Source: Deltaproteobacteria bacterium (GTDB taxonomy: Bacteria; SAR324; NAC60-12). Taken from it: DNA of 64,000 nucleotides. The notes beneath the pieces are model-generated. The model ran no database searches and had not been told where the DNA came from. It worked only from the letters and a program-made list of their open reading frames with translations. The DNA is taken from assembly GCA_038133845.1 (NCBI GenBank), contig JAYPUA010000002.1:61912-125911 (forward strand). Reading direction: 5' to 3'. The number at the start of each line of letters is the position of its first letter. The first letter of the stretch is position 1. The translations under genes were made by a program, and so were the position numbers. Shown here one piece after another: positions 48,186 through 58,139 of this stretch.

Positions 48186-49489
48186 GCGGTAGCTCGGAGT
48201 TCCGCAACTTGCGGCTTTTGAATCGGGACATCTCCGTCCAAAGACTTGCCAAAGTAGCGGGCAACATTGAGCGCACTGACCACGCCGTCCTCGTGAAATC
48301 CGTACCGCCAGTAGGCTCCGCAGTAGTAGGTGCGGTTCACGCCATTGATCTCTGCGTGGCGGCGCTGCGCCTGCACGCCCTGCTCGGTGAATACCGGATG
48401 CGCGTACTGGATCCGCTGGAGGATCTTGTCCGGATGAATCCTGGAGGAGTCGTTCAGGGTCACCAGAAACGGCTCGTCTTCCGGGAGGTGTTGCAGGATG
48501 TTCATGTTGTAGGTCACGGCGACCGGATGCTCCGGACGCTCCATCAACTCCGGAGTCAGCCGGACGTTCCAGCTGGCCCACGCCTTCCGGGAACGCGGCA
48601 TCACCCGAGTGTCCTGATGCAGGACCGCCTCATTCATCTGGTACGGGATACTGCTCAGAATCTCCTGCTCGCTGTCGCTGGGATCGACCAGCAGCTTCAG
48701 CGCCTGATCGCTGTGGGTCGCCAGGACCACGAGGTCAAAGCGCTCCTGTCCCCGGCTTTCGGTCTGGATCTCCACGTGAGTGGGGAAGCGCGTGATCGCC
48801 TGGACCGGAGTCTGTAATCGGACTCTGTCGCGAAACGGAGCTGTCAGCTTCTCCATGTAGGCCTTCGATCCCCCCCGGATGACCCGCCACTGCGGGCGGT
48901 TGGCGACATTCAGCAGACCGTGGTTGCGGAAGAAGCGGATGAAGGTTCGCATTGGGAAGTCTTGGATCTGTCGGGTGCTTCCGGACCAGATCGCAGCGGC
49001 CATCGGGACGATGTAGTTCTCCTGGAAGACCTTGGAGTAGCGGTGCTCTTGCAAGTAGTCGTGAAGCGTCATCTGCTCGATGCGCTCTTCATCCAGCACC
49101 ACCTCCCGATTGAAGCGCAGGATGTCCGAGATCATCCTCCAGAAAGACGGACGCATCAGGTTTAGGCGCTGGGCAAACAGCGTGTTCAGGTCGTGGCCGT
49201 TGTACTCCAGCCCGGTGCCCTCGTTGCTGACGCTGAAGCTCATCTCCGTGTCCTCGGCCTCTGCTCCAATCTGTTGGAGCAACTGGATGAAGTTCGGGTA
49301 GGTCCAGTCGTTGTGAACGATGAATCCGGTATCCACCGGATACGAGCGCTGCTCCTTTTCCACCACGACCGTGTTGGTGTGTCCTCCGATGTGCTCTCCC
49401 GCCTCGAAGATGGTCAGGTGGTGCTCCGGATGCAGCAGGTGAGCGACGGTCATCCCGGAGATTCCGGTACCGATGATTGCAATTCGCAT
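48182..49489 (-). CDS. NAD(P)/FAD-binding amine-oxidase-like oxidoreductase
   Basis: Start re-picked to MRIAIIGTGISGMTVAHLL (Rossmann GxGxxG). Confidence 0.75.
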   Translation of the reverse strand: MRIAIIGTGISGMTVAHLLHPEHHLTIFEAGEHIGGHTNTVVVEKEQRSYPVDTGFIVHNDWTYPNFIQLLQQIGAEAEDTEMSFSVSNEGTGLEYNGHDLNTLFAQRLNLMRPSFWRMISDILRFNREVVLDEERIEQMTLHDYLQEHRYSKVFQENYIVPMAAAIWSGSTRQIQDFPMRTFIRFFRNHGLLNVANRPQWRVIRGGSKAYMEKLTAPFRDRVRLQTPVQAITRFPTHVEIQTESRGQERFDLVVLATHSDQALKLLVDPSDSEQEILSSIPYQMNEAVLHQDTRVMPRSRKAWASWNVRLTPELMERPEHPVAVTYNMNILQHLPEDEPFLVTLNDSSRIHPDKILQRIQYAHPVFTEQGVQAQRRHAEINGVNRTYYCGAYWRYGFHEDGVVSALNVARYFGKSLDGDVPIQKPQVAELRATA

Positions 49490-49788
49490 AAGATGATCTC
49501 GAAAATCTGGTCCAAAACTCTCCCTACCAATCGGCAAGTTGCGTACCGAGTTCGGAGGCTGATCGAGTCGACCTCCTCAGCGATTGGTAATCATTTGTTA
49601 TAGTTGGGTAAAAAACAGGATGGTTTCCGTGAGGAGGCCGGAGGACTTGGGGCGTGGGCGGAGTCTCCGAAATCAACTTCGAAAGGATTTTCATTTTTTG
49701 TGATGAATTTATCTTTCAAAGGAAAAATCGAGGCAATCCTGATCGGCTTTCCGAGAAAAACGAGAGAAATTTTTTACGAAAGAGAGGG

Positions 49789-50232
49789 TCAGAACTGAAT
49801 CCGGAGGGACTGTCCGACCTCAAGGCCGTAGTCAGCGCTGGCCTGAGCAGGCAGTTCGAGGACCAGGTTGGCAGGCGCGGGGGTGCGCAGGGTGACGGGG
49901 CGTTCCCCGGTTTTTGGAGGAGGAACGCTCCGGGCAATGTGGACAATGCGCTGATTCTGGATCCAGAGGATATCGATGGCAAAGCGCATTCCCTTCATCC
50001 AGAAGGTGTGCCGATCGGAAGCAGGAAAGACGAAGAGCATGCCCGTTCCCGGAGACAACTGGTCGCGCTCTCCCAACCCGAGGGAGCGCTTCTCCGGCGT
50101 GTCGGCGACCTGCACCTGGATCCGGGCTCCCGAGGGTGTGACGACCTCCCCCTGGGCATACTGGAAGTCGCGGGCAAACAGGCTTCCTGTGCTGAGGAGC
50201 CCCCAGAGCAGCAGCAGCAGCAGACGAGGCAT
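49789..50232 (-). CDS. DUF192-family secreted protein
   Basis: Start re-picked to MPRLLLLLLWGLLSTG (signal peptide); GMLFVFP motif; begins 2 nt after def stop. Confidence 0.6.
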   Translation of the reverse strand: MPRLLLLLLWGLLSTGSLFARDFQYAQGEVVTPSGARIQVQVADTPEKRSLGLGERDQLSPGTGMLFVFPASDRHTFWMKGMRFAIDILWIQNQRIVHIARSVPPPKTGERPVTLRTPAPANLVLELPAQASADYGLEVGQSLRIQF

Positions 50233-50233
50233 C

Positions 50234-50752
50234 TCAGGCCGCCTGAGATGCCATTTTGGAGAGGCGCTTCTTGACCATCTTCTGCTTGATGGGAGGCAAG
50301 TGATCAATGAACAGCACGCCGTTCAGGTGATCCAGCTCATGCTGGATGCAGATGGCCATCAGCCCATCCGCCTCTAGCGACTGATCAGCCCCGTCCACGT
50401 CCTGATACTCGAGCCGGATCCACTCGGCCCGTTTCACCTCGCCTCTATAGCCGTCCACACTCAGGCAGCCTTCTTCCGAGACGGTCTCTCCTCGACGCTC
50501 CACAATCTGAGGATTGACGAAGACTTGAGGGTCTCGCTCTTCCAGGTCCTCCGAGCCGGCGTGGATGTCGACCACCACCAGTTGCTTGGGAATGCCAACC
50601 TGAATCGAAGCCAGCCCGATGCCGTTGGAGTCGTACATGGTCTCCAGCATCGACTCTGCGGTCTCTTTCAGCACCTCGTCGAATTCGGTGACCGGAAGTG
50701 CCTTCTGCTTGAGGATGGGATTGGGAAAGGTGTAGATCGTGAGCAGTGCCAT
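50234..50752 (-). CDS. def: peptide deformylase
   Basis: Start re-picked to MALLTIYTFPNPILKQKA (SD AAGGGGG upstream); GIGLASIQVG, EGCLS, HELDHLNG motifs. Confidence 0.85.
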   Translation of the reverse strand: MALLTIYTFPNPILKQKALPVTEFDEVLKETAESMLETMYDSNGIGLASIQVGIPKQLVVVDIHAGSEDLEERDPQVFVNPQIVERRGETVSEEGCLSVDGYRGEVKRAEWIRLEYQDVDGADQSLEADGLMAICIQHELDHLNGVLFIDHLPPIKQKMVKKRLSKMASQAA

Positions 50753-50822
50753 GAGCCCCCTTGAGTAAGAAGTAAACCGAGGTGAACACGCTAGCAAAAA
50801 TCTGGAAAAAATCCCAGAACTT

Positions 50823-51641
50823 CTAACGCTGGCACTTGGGGCAGTAGAACGTGCTGCGCTGTTGCTGGACGAGGCGCTCGATGGACGTTCCGCACTGACG
50901 ACAGGGCTGCCCGGTACGGTCGTAGACCTGGAGGAAGTTCTGAAACTCTCCGGTCTTGTCGTCCACCCGTCGAAAGTCGGAGATGGAGGTTCCATTCTTC
51001 AACAGCGCCTCCGTGAGCACCTGCTGCGTCGCCTGGACCAGCGCCTCCAACTCTGCGGTGTTGAGTTGGTCGGCCGCGCGGGTGGGGTGCACTCCAATCC
51101 GGAAGAGGATCTCCGAGGCATAGATGTTTCCGATTCCGGCAACCAGCCGCTGGTCGAGCAGAGCCGGTTTGATCTCCCGACGACGGTGGGCCAACTGTCC
51201 TTCCAGGTGAGCGCGGTTGAACTCTGCAGAGAGCGGCTCCGGCCCCAGGGCCTGCAGCTGCGGAATCCTGGAGACCTCCGGAAACCACTCCAGGGTGCCA
51301 AAGCAGCGCATGTCTTCAAAGATCAGCAGCTTGCCGCTCTCCAGAGTCAACCAGACTCGGTGGTGCTTTCCGGGTTCGGGAAGCGGGTCGCTGACGATGA
51401 ACTTTCCTGTCATCCGCAGGTGTCCCAAGAGGACCCCCCGAGAGCCAAGGGAGAACAGCAGGAACTTCGCTCTGCGGCCCACCTGCTCGAAGGTCGCTCC
51501 CTCAAGCTGCCGACGGAAGTGCTCGCGGTCCTGCTTCACGATCAGGGTTGGGTGGAGGATCAGGACCTCTTGGAGGGTCTCGCCGACAATGTGGGCGCGC
51601 AGCCCCCGGGCTACGGTTTCGACTTCGGGAAGTTCAGGCAT
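50823..51641 (-). CDS. mutM: formamidopyrimidine-DNA glycosylase
   Basis: Start re-picked to MPELPEVETVARGL (catalytic N-terminal Pro); C-terminal zinc finger CRQCGTSIERLVQQQRSTFYCPKCQ. Confidence 0.9.
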   Translation of the reverse strand: MPELPEVETVARGLRAHIVGETLQEVLILHPTLIVKQDREHFRRQLEGATFEQVGRRAKFLLFSLGSRGVLLGHLRMTGKFIVSDPLPEPGKHHRVWLTLESGKLLIFEDMRCFGTLEWFPEVSRIPQLQALGPEPLSAEFNRAHLEGQLAHRRREIKPALLDQRLVAGIGNIYASEILFRIGVHPTRAADQLNTAELEALVQATQQVLTEALLKNGTSISDFRRVDDKTGEFQNFLQVYDRTGQPCRQCGTSIERLVQQQRSTFYCPKCQR

Positions 51642-51990
51642 GGGGAGTGTTCTCCGGAGAGGACTCTTGATGGAGCCAAAAGCGGACCGCCCGGAGGGTC
51701 GCGTCCGGAGCCTTGCGGGCGCGCTCCAGGTGTTGCCGACTGATTGCTTTTGCCGGGTCCACAGGAACTTCAAGCTCCTCGGCTTCGGCCATCAGGTCTG
51801 CAGGATTGCGCGAGGTGCCCGGGGCTTCCGGAGCGGCATCATCTCGCCACCAACTCCGGGTCAACCAGCAAAACAGGGCCATCCCGGAAGCAGCGCCAAC
51901 GTATTTGATGATTTCCCAAGCCAGTTCATTCACGACAGACCCTCTGAGAAAAAGGTTCCACCACTCTATCTCAGATGCCTCAGAACTCAA
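51634..51990 (-). CDS. hypothetical small membrane protein
   Basis: 118 aa ORF 8-nt overlapping mutM start; one hydrophobic segment; no motif. Confidence 0.3.
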   Translation of the reverse strand: MSSEASEIEWWNLFLRGSVVNELAWEIIKYVGAASGMALFCWLTRSWWRDDAAPEAPGTSRNPADLMAEAEELEVPVDPAKAISRQHLERARKAPDATLRAVRFWLHQESSPENTPHA

Positions 51991-52115
51991 TCGGGATTTG
52001 GGGAGTGAGAATCAAAGGGATCCGGAACGGGGAAGCAGAACTGAAGAGCTTGGGCTGCCGAGGCCTCGGGGAGGAGGCCTCGGTTGCTCTGGAGGGAAAG
52101 CTGCGGTGGAGGGGT

Positions 52116-53402
52116 TTAGGCGGCTTTGAACTGAGCCGTCTCCGTAGAGTCCTTCATGGCCGCGGTGGAGGACTCTCCACCAGCGATGGTGTTCTGCACG
52201 GCGTCAAAGTAGCCCGTTCCGACAAAGCTCTGGTGCTTCACCGCCCGGAAGCCATGCTCCTGCAGGGCGAACTCCCGCTGCTGCAGGTCGCTGAAGGCTC
52301 CCATTCCGCGTTCGCGGTATCCGGAGGCCAGCTCGAAGATGGCCGTGTTCAGCGCGTGGAAGCCGGCCAGGGTGATGAACTGGAACTTGTAGCCCAGCGC
52401 TCCCAGCTCCTGCTGGAAAGTCTCGATAGACTGCTGGTCCAGGAACTTTCTCCAGTTGAAAGAGGGAGAGCAGTTGTAGGCGAGCATCTTTCCGGGGAAC
52501 TTCTCGTGGATGGCTTGCGCAAACTCGCGGGCTTCTCCAAGGTCCGGAGTGGAGGTCTCGCACCATAGCAGATCGGCGTAAGGCGCGTAGGCCAACCCGC
52601 GGGCAATGGCGCTCTCCAAGCCCCCCTTGACCCGATAGAAGCCTTCCGGCGTTCGCTCGGGAGAGGTGATGAAGGCCTGGTCACGTGGATCAACATCGCT
52701 GGTCAGCAGCTGAGCAGCCTGGGCGTCGGTGCGTGCCATCAGCAGAGCTGGAACGTTCAGCACGTCGGCAGCCAGTCGAGCGGCGTTGAGCTTGCGAGTG
52801 AACTCCGAGGTCGGCACAAGCACCTTGCCTCCCAAGTGACCACACTTCTTCTCAGAGGCCAGTTGGTCTTCAAAGTGGACTCCGGAAGCCCCGGCTTCGA
52901 TCATCGCCTTCATCAGCTCATACGCGTTGAGGACCCCGCCGAATCCGGCTTCGGCATCGGCGACGATGGGCGCGTGCCAGTACACGTCGTTGCGGCCTTC
53001 CAGCGTGGCGACCTGATCTGCACGGGTCAGCGCGTTGTTGATCCGACGAACCACCGTGGGCACGCTGTCTACCGGATACAGGCTCTGATCCGGATACATC
53101 TGCCCCGCCGAGTTGGCATCTCCGGCCACCTGCCATCCGCTCAGATAGATGGCTTTCAGCCCCGCCTGGACGTGCTGCACCGCCATGTTTCCGGTCAGAG
53201 CCCCCAGGGTGTTGACGTAAGGCTCGCTCTGCAACAGATTCCACAGGCGCTCCGAGCCCACCTTGGCCAGCGTGTGCTCCACCAAGAGGCTTCCTCGCAA
53301 GCGTACCACCTCTTCCGCACCGTACGGACGCTCGATTCCAGACCAGCGAGGGTCCTTGGACCAGGACTGCTTCAGTTCATCAATCTGTTGTTCCTTGTTC
53401 AT
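52116..53402 (-). CDS. aceA: isocitrate lyase
   Basis: 428 aa; KKCGHLGGK active-site motif, full-length ICL similarity. Confidence 0.95.
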   Translation of the reverse strand: MNKEQQIDELKQSWSKDPRWSGIERPYGAEEVVRLRGSLLVEHTLAKVGSERLWNLLQSEPYVNTLGALTGNMAVQHVQAGLKAIYLSGWQVAGDANSAGQMYPDQSLYPVDSVPTVVRRINNALTRADQVATLEGRNDVYWHAPIVADAEAGFGGVLNAYELMKAMIEAGASGVHFEDQLASEKKCGHLGGKVLVPTSEFTRKLNAARLAADVLNVPALLMARTDAQAAQLLTSDVDPRDQAFITSPERTPEGFYRVKGGLESAIARGLAYAPYADLLWCETSTPDLGEAREFAQAIHEKFPGKMLAYNCSPSFNWRKFLDQQSIETFQQELGALGYKFQFITLAGFHALNTAIFELASGYRERGMGAFSDLQQREFALQEHGFRAVKHQSFVGTGYFDAVQNTIAGGESSTAAMKDSTETAQFKAA

Positions 53403-53564
53403 CGCTCTCTCCTCGAAGGGGATTGGGGCCAGACGCGCTCCCCAAGCGGCAACGGCCCTCAGTCGTGTAGGGCAATCCCAAGAATCTTGCCTCCGGGAAA
53501 AGACTCTCTCCTCCGCTGCCCTACGTTTCGGGTCTGAGTGTATTGGCGCGAAAATTAATTGTAA

Positions 53565-53624
53565 AGCGAAAATTCGCTAAAAGTGAAAATTTTGTAAAAT
53601 TTGGACATTTCGCAAAAAGCGAAA
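53565..53624. promoter_or_regulatory. two GCGAAA-half-site palindromes in the aceA / regulator divergent intergenic region
   Basis: AGCGAAAATTCGCT (53565-53578, perfect) and TTTCGCAAAAAGCGAAA (53608-53624, perfect arms) in an AT-rich 300-bp gap. Confidence 0.5.
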
Positions 53625-53706
53625 CCGTCGTTGATTTTGGGGAAACGCGTTGATTTTCGGAGAAGGCTCCACTAGGGTGGTGAGGCGTGATTTCAGGGGG
53701 AGCATC

Positions 53707-55236
53707 ATGATTTGGCCAAACACCAACCTCAAATACATCTTCGGGCTCAAGCTCCGTCACTTTCGTCAAGAGCAAAGCCTCTCGCTCAAGGAGCTGGCCG
53801 AGCGCACGGGGCTGTCCGTCTCCTACATCAACGAAATCGAGAAGGGGAAGAAGTACCCCAAGGCCGAGCGCATCATGCAGTTGGCCGAAGGGCTAGGGGT
53901 GTCCTACGACGAATTGGTCTCGCTGGACTTGAGCCATGGGCTCAACCACATGAACGAGCTTTTCAACTCCTCGATCCTCAACAGCTTCCCGTACCAGCTC
54001 TTCGGCATCACGCTGGAGAACGTGCTGGACCTGCTGATCTCCTCCCCAAAGAAGGCCACCGCGCTCGTCAGCACGCTGCATGAGATCGTCCGCAGCTACG
54101 ACATGGACGAGGAGCGATTCTTTCTGGCATCGCTTCGGGCGTATCAGGAGATGCACAGCAACTACTTCGAGGACCTGGAGGGGGAGGTGGAGCGTTTCCT
54201 TCAGGAGGTGCAGTGGAATCCGTTTCCCGCACCCGAGTATGAGGAGGTCGTCCGGTTGCTGGGAGAGCGTTACAGGCTGGAGGTGATCCTTACGGACTTC
54301 TCCGAATATCCGGAGATGAAGTCTCAGCGCTACCTCTACCTCCCGGGGAAGCCTCCGCGGATGCTCATCAACCGCAACCTCAGCGGCATGCAGCACCGGT
54401 TTGCGCTCGCTGTGCAGTTGGGATACTTCGTGCTGAAGCTTCCCGATCAGGCTCGCACGTCTTCCTGGCTGCGCGTGGGGTCCTTTGATGAGGTGCTGAA
54501 CCACTTCCGGGCGTCCTACTTCGCCGGGGCCTTGCTGATCAACCGCTTCCACCTGGAGGCCGACCTCTCCTCGTTCTCCAAGCGTGTTCAGTGGGACGGA
54601 GAGGCGCTGCTCCGCATGATCCAGCGCTATCAGGCTTCCCCGGAGACCTTCCTGCACCGGCTCAGCCAGATTCTCCCCGGACTGTTTGACCTCAAGGAAC
54701 TGCACTTTCTGCGCTTCGAGCATGAGCTGGGGCAAGACCACTTCCAGCTCTCCAAGGAACTCAACATGCCCCGGACACTGGTTCCGGCCGGAGCCGCGTT
54801 CAACGAGCATCACTGTCGACGCTGGCTGCCGATCACCGTCCTCCGGGATCTGCAGGAGCATTCGGGAAGCCCAGCCTCTCCGGACACTTGGCGCATAGGG
54901 GCTCAGCGGGCGCGGTTTGTCGACAGCGGCAAGGAGGTCTTCTTCATCTCGATCGCTCGCCCGCTCAGGCTGCTCCCCAACGTCAACCGGAGCATGACGC
55001 TGGGCATTCACATGGATGACCGCTTTCGGGAAAAGGTCCGGTTCTGGAACGACCCCAACATCCCTCAGGTCGAGGTCAACGAGACCTGCGAGCGCTGTCC
55101 GCTCACGGAGGCGCAGTGTGCGGTCCGGGCGGTTCCTCCATTGGTCTATCGACGGGAACAGCTCAACCGACAGCGACAGGAAACCTTCCGCCGCCTCACG
55201 GAAGCCAACCGCCAGGGACGCCTGAAACTTCCCTGA
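53707..55236 (+). CDS. RamB/ScfR-type transcriptional regulator (XRE HTH + ImmA/IrrE-like + DUF2083 Cys cluster)
   Basis: Start re-picked to MIWPNTN (SD GGGGGAG); N-terminal XRE HTH (LSLKELAERTGLSVSYINEIEKG), C-terminal NETCERCPLTEAQCAVRA Cys motif like RamB. Confidence 0.7.
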   Translation: MIWPNTNLKYIFGLKLRHFRQEQSLSLKELAERTGLSVSYINEIEKGKKYPKAERIMQLAEGLGVSYDELVSLDLSHGLNHMNELFNSSILNSFPYQLFGITLENVLDLLISSPKKATALVSTLHEIVRSYDMDEERFFLASLRAYQEMHSNYFEDLEGEVERFLQEVQWNPFPAPEYEEVVRLLGERYRLEVILTDFSEYPEMKSQRYLYLPGKPPRMLINRNLSGMQHRFALAVQLGYFVLKLPDQARTSSWLRVGSFDEVLNHFRASYFAGALLINRFHLEADLSSFSKRVQWDGEALLRMIQRYQASPETFLHRLSQILPGLFDLKELHFLRFEHELGQDHFQLSKELNMPRTLVPAGAAFNEHHCRRWLPITVLRDLQEHSGSPASPDTWRIGAQRARFVDSGKEVFFISIARPLRLLPNVNRSMTLGIHMDDRFREKVRFWNDPNIPQVEVNETCERCPLTEAQCAVRAVPPLVYRREQLNRQRQETFRRLTEANRQGRLKLP

Positions 55237-55252
55237 AGCCCTGCCAGGAGCG

Positions 55253-56164
55253 CTACGGAACCAGCAGGCTCTGCAGAATGTTCCAGATCTTGCTGACGAC
55301 CGGAGAATCCGTCTCTGCCAGCCGATGGAGTTGAATTTCCAGCTCCAGATCCCAGCTGGGATCTCCGGCCCTCACCAAGGCTCCGGAGGCCAGATCCCCC
55401 TCCACCAGACTTTCCGGAAGCCAGGCGATCCCCCCACCGTTCCGGGCCTTGAGTCTTAGAATCCCGGACATCGAGTTGTTGTAGACGAAGCGCGCCCGAC
55501 GCATCAGGCCTCGCCGGTGGAGGATCGACTCAACCTGTCGACCCAGAGGAGCCTGTGCCCCAAACCCCAGAATGGGCACCTCCACGTCCCCTTGATCACT
55601 CAGGTGAAACTCCGGGAAGTGGTTCTCATCCGGCTGAGAGACCGGGATCAGTCGGTCCTTCCCGAGAGTCATCGAGCGGAGCCCCTTGAGGTCGAACACA
55701 CCCGCAGCGATCGGACTTTCATAGGAGATCACGAAGTCCGCCTTCTCGGCCCGCAGATCTCTCACGCACTCCGGAAGGTCGTCGGCCCGCAGGTGGGGGG
55801 TGATGCCTTCGAAGTGGGGTTCGATGTGCTGCAGCCACTCCGGATAGAAACGCCAGCTGATCGAGTGCTGCACGGCAAAGGTCACGATCTGAGGGTGAGC
55901 CTGCTGGGTGAGCCGCTTCAGCTTCTCCCGGGAGACTTCCAAGTTTGCGATGGTCTGGTAGGCAACGGCCAGAAACTGTTCTCCGGCAAAGGTGAGGCGG
56001 GCCGGAGAGGTAGAGCGGTCGATCAGGGAGGTCCCCACCCAGTCCTCCAACCCGCGGATTCTGCGGCTGAAAGCAGGCTGGCTGATGTGGGACAGTTCCG
56101 CCGCTCGAGAGAAGCTCCGAGTCTCTGCAAGGTGGACAAAGTCCTTGAGCCATTGATATTCCAT
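55253..56164 (-). CDS. LysR-family transcriptional regulator
   Basis: Start re-picked to MEYQWLKDFVHLAETRSFSRAAELSHISQPAFSRRIRGLE (LysR HTH), strong SD. Confidence 0.8.
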   Translation of the reverse strand: MEYQWLKDFVHLAETRSFSRAAELSHISQPAFSRRIRGLEDWVGTSLIDRSTSPARLTFAGEQFLAVAYQTIANLEVSREKLKRLTQQAHPQIVTFAVQHSISWRFYPEWLQHIEPHFEGITPHLRADDLPECVRDLRAEKADFVISYESPIAAGVFDLKGLRSMTLGKDRLIPVSQPDENHFPEFHLSDQGDVEVPILGFGAQAPLGRQVESILHRRGLMRRARFVYNNSMSGILRLKARNGGGIAWLPESLVEGDLASGALVRAGDPSWDLELEIQLHRLAETDSPVVSKIWNILQSLLVP

Positions 56165-56184
56165 TTCCTTCCCCCTCGGAAAAG

Positions 56185-56203
56185 TCATGCAAAATTTGCA
56201 TGA
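56185..56203. promoter_or_regulatory. LysR-type box (T-N11-A palindrome) in the LysR/dcyD divergent region
   Basis: TCATGCAAAATTTGCATGA perfect 9-bp arms, 21 bp upstream of the LysR start. Confidence 0.5.
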
Positions 56204-56306
56204 TGTCTTAATTTTATTGAATTGGCAATCCGGGAAAAGGGCGGGCATGATACGCGAAGTTGCACCGGCCTGCAGCCTGATTGCTCACTTCAACGCGTAT
56301 AGAACC

Positions 56307-57299
56307 ATGGACCTTGCCTCATTTCCTCGTGCCCCAGTTTGCCACCGTCCTACTCCTTTGGAGGAAATGAAGCGCCTGAGCGCAGAGTTGGGCGGACCTC
56401 GACTGTGGGTCAAGCGGGATGATTGCACCGGCCTGGCGACAGGAGGCAACAAGGCGAGAAAGCTGGAGTTCCTGATGGGAGAGGCGATCGCCGAGGGAGC
56501 GGAACTGGTTGTCACTCAGGGAGCGGTGCAGTCCAATCATGTGCGGCAGACCGCCGCGGCCTGCTGCAAGCTGGGGCTGCAGTGCCACATCCTGCTGGAG
56601 CGCCGGGTGCCTCATGTTGAGCCGGCCTACGAGAAGACTGGGAACGTGTTATTGGACCGACTCTTCGGGGCCAGCATCGAGTTCAGAGAGGGAGGTCTCG
56701 ACATGAACGCGGAGGCCCAGGCCGTTACGGAACAGTTTCAGAAGCAGGGGCGCCAGGCCTACTTCATTCCCGGAGGCGGCTCGAACACGACCGGAGCCCT
56801 GGGATACGTCAATTGTGCCGTGGAACTGACCGAGCAGGCTCAGGCCCAAGGGATGCGCATTGACTGGGTCGTGCACGGGACCGGCAGCACCGGGACCCAG
56901 GCCGGCCTGGTTGCCGGTTTTCACGGGCTGAATGCCTCCACTCGGGTCCTGGGTGTCAGCGTTCGGCAAAAGGTCGAGGTGCAGCGGCGCAATGTGCACC
57001 TCCTTGCCGCCGCAACGGCAGAGCGATTGAGTCTGGAGCCTCTGCCGATGGAGAAGGTGGAGGTGGAGGACGGATACATTGGCGAAGGCTACGGCATTCC
57101 GACTGCGGGAACCTTGGAGGCGATTCGCAAGGCCGCTCAACTTGAGGGGCTGCTGCTGGATCCGGTCTATTCCGGAAAGGGGATGGACGGACTGATCAAC
57201 CTGACCCGGCAGGGGTTCTTCAAACAGGACGAGACCGTAGTCTTCCTCCACACAGGAGGCGCGGCAGCTCTGTTTGCCTACGAAAACGTTCTGCTCTGA
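56307..57299 (+). CDS. dcyD: PLP-dependent D-cysteine desulfhydrase / ACC-deaminase-family enzyme
   Basis: Start re-picked to MDLASFPRAP to align with the DcyD N-terminus; KRDDCTGLATGGNKARKLEFL, GAVQSNHVRQTAA, LHTGGAAALFAY motifs. Confidence 0.8.
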   Translation: MDLASFPRAPVCHRPTPLEEMKRLSAELGGPRLWVKRDDCTGLATGGNKARKLEFLMGEAIAEGAELVVTQGAVQSNHVRQTAAACCKLGLQCHILLERRVPHVEPAYEKTGNVLLDRLFGASIEFREGGLDMNAEAQAVTEQFQKQGRQAYFIPGGGSNTTGALGYVNCAVELTEQAQAQGMRIDWVVHGTGSTGTQAGLVAGFHGLNASTRVLGVSVRQKVEVQRRNVHLLAAATAERLSLEPLPMEKVEVEDGYIGEGYGIPTAGTLEAIRKAAQLEGLLLDPVYSGKGMDGLINLTRQGFFKQDETVVFLHTGGAAALFAYENVLL

Positions 57300-57311
57300 A
57301 GCACAAACACC

Positions 57312-58031
57312 GTGAGCGAGGTGCGGCCACGGCCAATGATCGGGATTCTTGGAGGCATGGGCCCCGAGGCGACAGTGGAGTTGATGCGTCGGGTGATTGA
57401 ACGGACCCCTGCGCGGGATGACCAGGACCATGTCCACCTTCTGGTCGACAACAACCCGCAGGTTCCCTCACGGATTGCGGCGCTCATTGAGGAAAGCGGA
57501 CCGAGTCCTCTGGACGAACTGGTCCGGATGGCAAGACGCTTGGAGCACGCTGGTGCGCATTGTCTGGCCATGCCTTGCAACACCGCACACTACTATCTCC
57601 ACACGCTGGGGCAGCAGGTGACGGTGCCCTTCCTGGACATGATCCAACTGACGACCGAGCGGGTCGTCCAACTGCAGCCGAAGCGGGTCGGGCTGCTGGC
57701 CTCGACGGCAGTGCTGAAGCTGGGACTCTATGCGCAGGCCTTGGCCTCCGCACAGGTTTCGCTGCTTGTTCCAGAGTCCCAGGACAGCGTCATGGAGTTG
57801 ATTCGGGCGGTCAAGCGTGGAGAGGTTGGAGGAGAGACCCCGGGGCGTTTTTTGAACACGGTGCAGGCCTTGGAGCAATCCGGCTGTGACGTGTTGCTGG
57901 TGGCCTGCACGGAGCTTTCGCTGCTGGCCCCTCACCTCAAGACCTCGATGCATGTGATCGATGCGCTGGACTGCCTGACCGACGCCATCGTTCAGGCGGG
58001 GCAAGGTCGACTTTCTGAAGGAAGTCGATGA
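57312..58031 (+). CDS. aspartate/glutamate/hydantoin racemase-family protein
   Basis: IGILGGMGP and two catalytic Cys contexts (MPCNTAHYY, VACTELS). Confidence 0.8.
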   Translation: MSEVRPRPMIGILGGMGPEATVELMRRVIERTPARDDQDHVHLLVDNNPQVPSRIAALIEESGPSPLDELVRMARRLEHAGAHCLAMPCNTAHYYLHTLGQQVTVPFLDMIQLTTERVVQLQPKRVGLLASTAVLKLGLYAQALASAQVSLLVPESQDSVMELIRAVKRGEVGGETPGRFLNTVQALEQSGCDVLLVACTELSLLAPHLKTSMHVIDALDCLTDAIVQAGQGRLSEGSR

Positions 58032-58139
58032 AGTATGGAGGCTCTTTCCAGACAGGGTCCCCCATCAAGGATCCTCAATGCTCTCATGACTCCGGAAGTT
58101 CATCCGGAGCCATGGACTCACTCTCAATCAGGAGAAGTT

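Noticed and set aside
48186-48581. 132-aa N-terminal extension of the DUF1365 ORF
   Set aside because: Low-complexity Arg/Gly/Pro sequence overlapping the amine-oxidase gene; conserved family N-terminus starts at the GTG at 48185.
49604-49798. 64-aa plus-strand ORF in the AT-rich island
   Set aside because: No SD, low-complexity, overlaps DUF192 stop; likely non-coding.
53520-53650. Possible small RNA or riboswitch in the AT-rich aceA leader
   Set aside because: Region is better explained by two operator palindromes and promoter elements; no conserved riboswitch architecture recognised.
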